This document shows positions 63,386 through 64,000 of a stretch of DNA of 64,000 nt, piece after piece (position 1 is the stretch's first letter; each line of letters begins with the position of its first letter). The notes beneath the pieces are model-generated. The model saw only the letters and a list, made by a program, of their open reading frames with translations, was not told where the DNA came from and searched no databases. The stretch is from Octopus sinensis (taxonomy: Eukaryota), in NCBI RefSeq assembly GCF_006345805.1, contig NC_043009.1:43214001-43278000 (forward strand), given 5' to 3'. The position numbers and the translations under genes are program-made.

Positions 63386-64000
63386 TTTGAGTGTGTAGAT
63401 ACAAATCTATATCCTTGTGTTTAACTCTCTTTTTCTCCTCCCACTCTCTCCCTCACAATATATCTGTGTGTGAGGGAGTGTATTTATAAATATATATATA
63501 TACATATATACACGCACACACAAACATACATGCATTCATGCCTACACACGCACACACACCCACACACATGGTGATGTGCATTGATGCATGCAGACACATA
63601 ACAAATACAGACATCCTGCACCCTATCCTTTATCTGGAAATATTCACGGTTATTTAATTTAATCCCTTTCTTTCCCCTTTCTTCTATCTACTCAGCCTCC
63701 ATTACATCCTACTCTTATATATTCTATATTATTATTTGTAGACATGACTTAATCTTTCAGACATAATTCTAAACCTTTACTTATTTAATTCTTTACTTAA
63801 TGCTTTTATCAAAGACAAAATATGAACAATAGTTCTTAACCAAGATGTATGATATATATATTCTGCAAAGAAGGAGAAGAATATGATTGAAACCATTCTT
63901 TTTTTTCTTTTCTTTTTGTCTGTCTGTTTGCAGATTGTTTGTTGCAAAGCACAATTATAAACCTTGCGGTAAATTTATTCCATTTCAAAAACATCTTTTA

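Overview
Eukaryotic, AT-rich, non-coding-looking DNA made mostly of microsatellites ((TA)n, (TG)n, (GA)n, (TAA)n, (GAT)n, (GATA)n, (GAA)n) and transposon debris. There is one 100-N scaffold gap (62722-62821). The repeat mix looks like a coleoid cephalopod, probably Octopus; this is inference, not a database result. No intact host protein-coding gene, tRNA, rRNA or CRISPR array can be supported, and nearly all ORF-track entries are microsatellite translations. Supported elements: three R4/Dong-clade (restriction-like endonuclease) LINE copies from two families, each touching a (TAA)n tract; a 5'-truncated RTE LINE plus about eight more RTE-type 3' tails; a DD34D mariner nested in a SINE; an internally deleted maT-like transposon; a Penelope-like GIY-YIG remnant; a canonical 390-bp non-autonomous Helitron; hAT and Tc2/pogo MITEs; three long inverted repeats; and several tRNA-derived SINE families that swap body and tail modules. 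Best leads: (i) a (TAA)n-associated R4 group with a 550-bp non-coding companion, (ii) twin 21-bp dyads upstream of a correctly spaced TATA/Inr-like pair and a short hydrophobic ORF at 47.0-47.8 kb, (iii) a 2x2 SINE module exchange, (iv) a hammerhead-core-like motif, (v) a perfect RFX X-box. I found no unambiguous new biological system; these are leads only. Coordinates were read by eye, and ends without a TIR or TSD are approximate.
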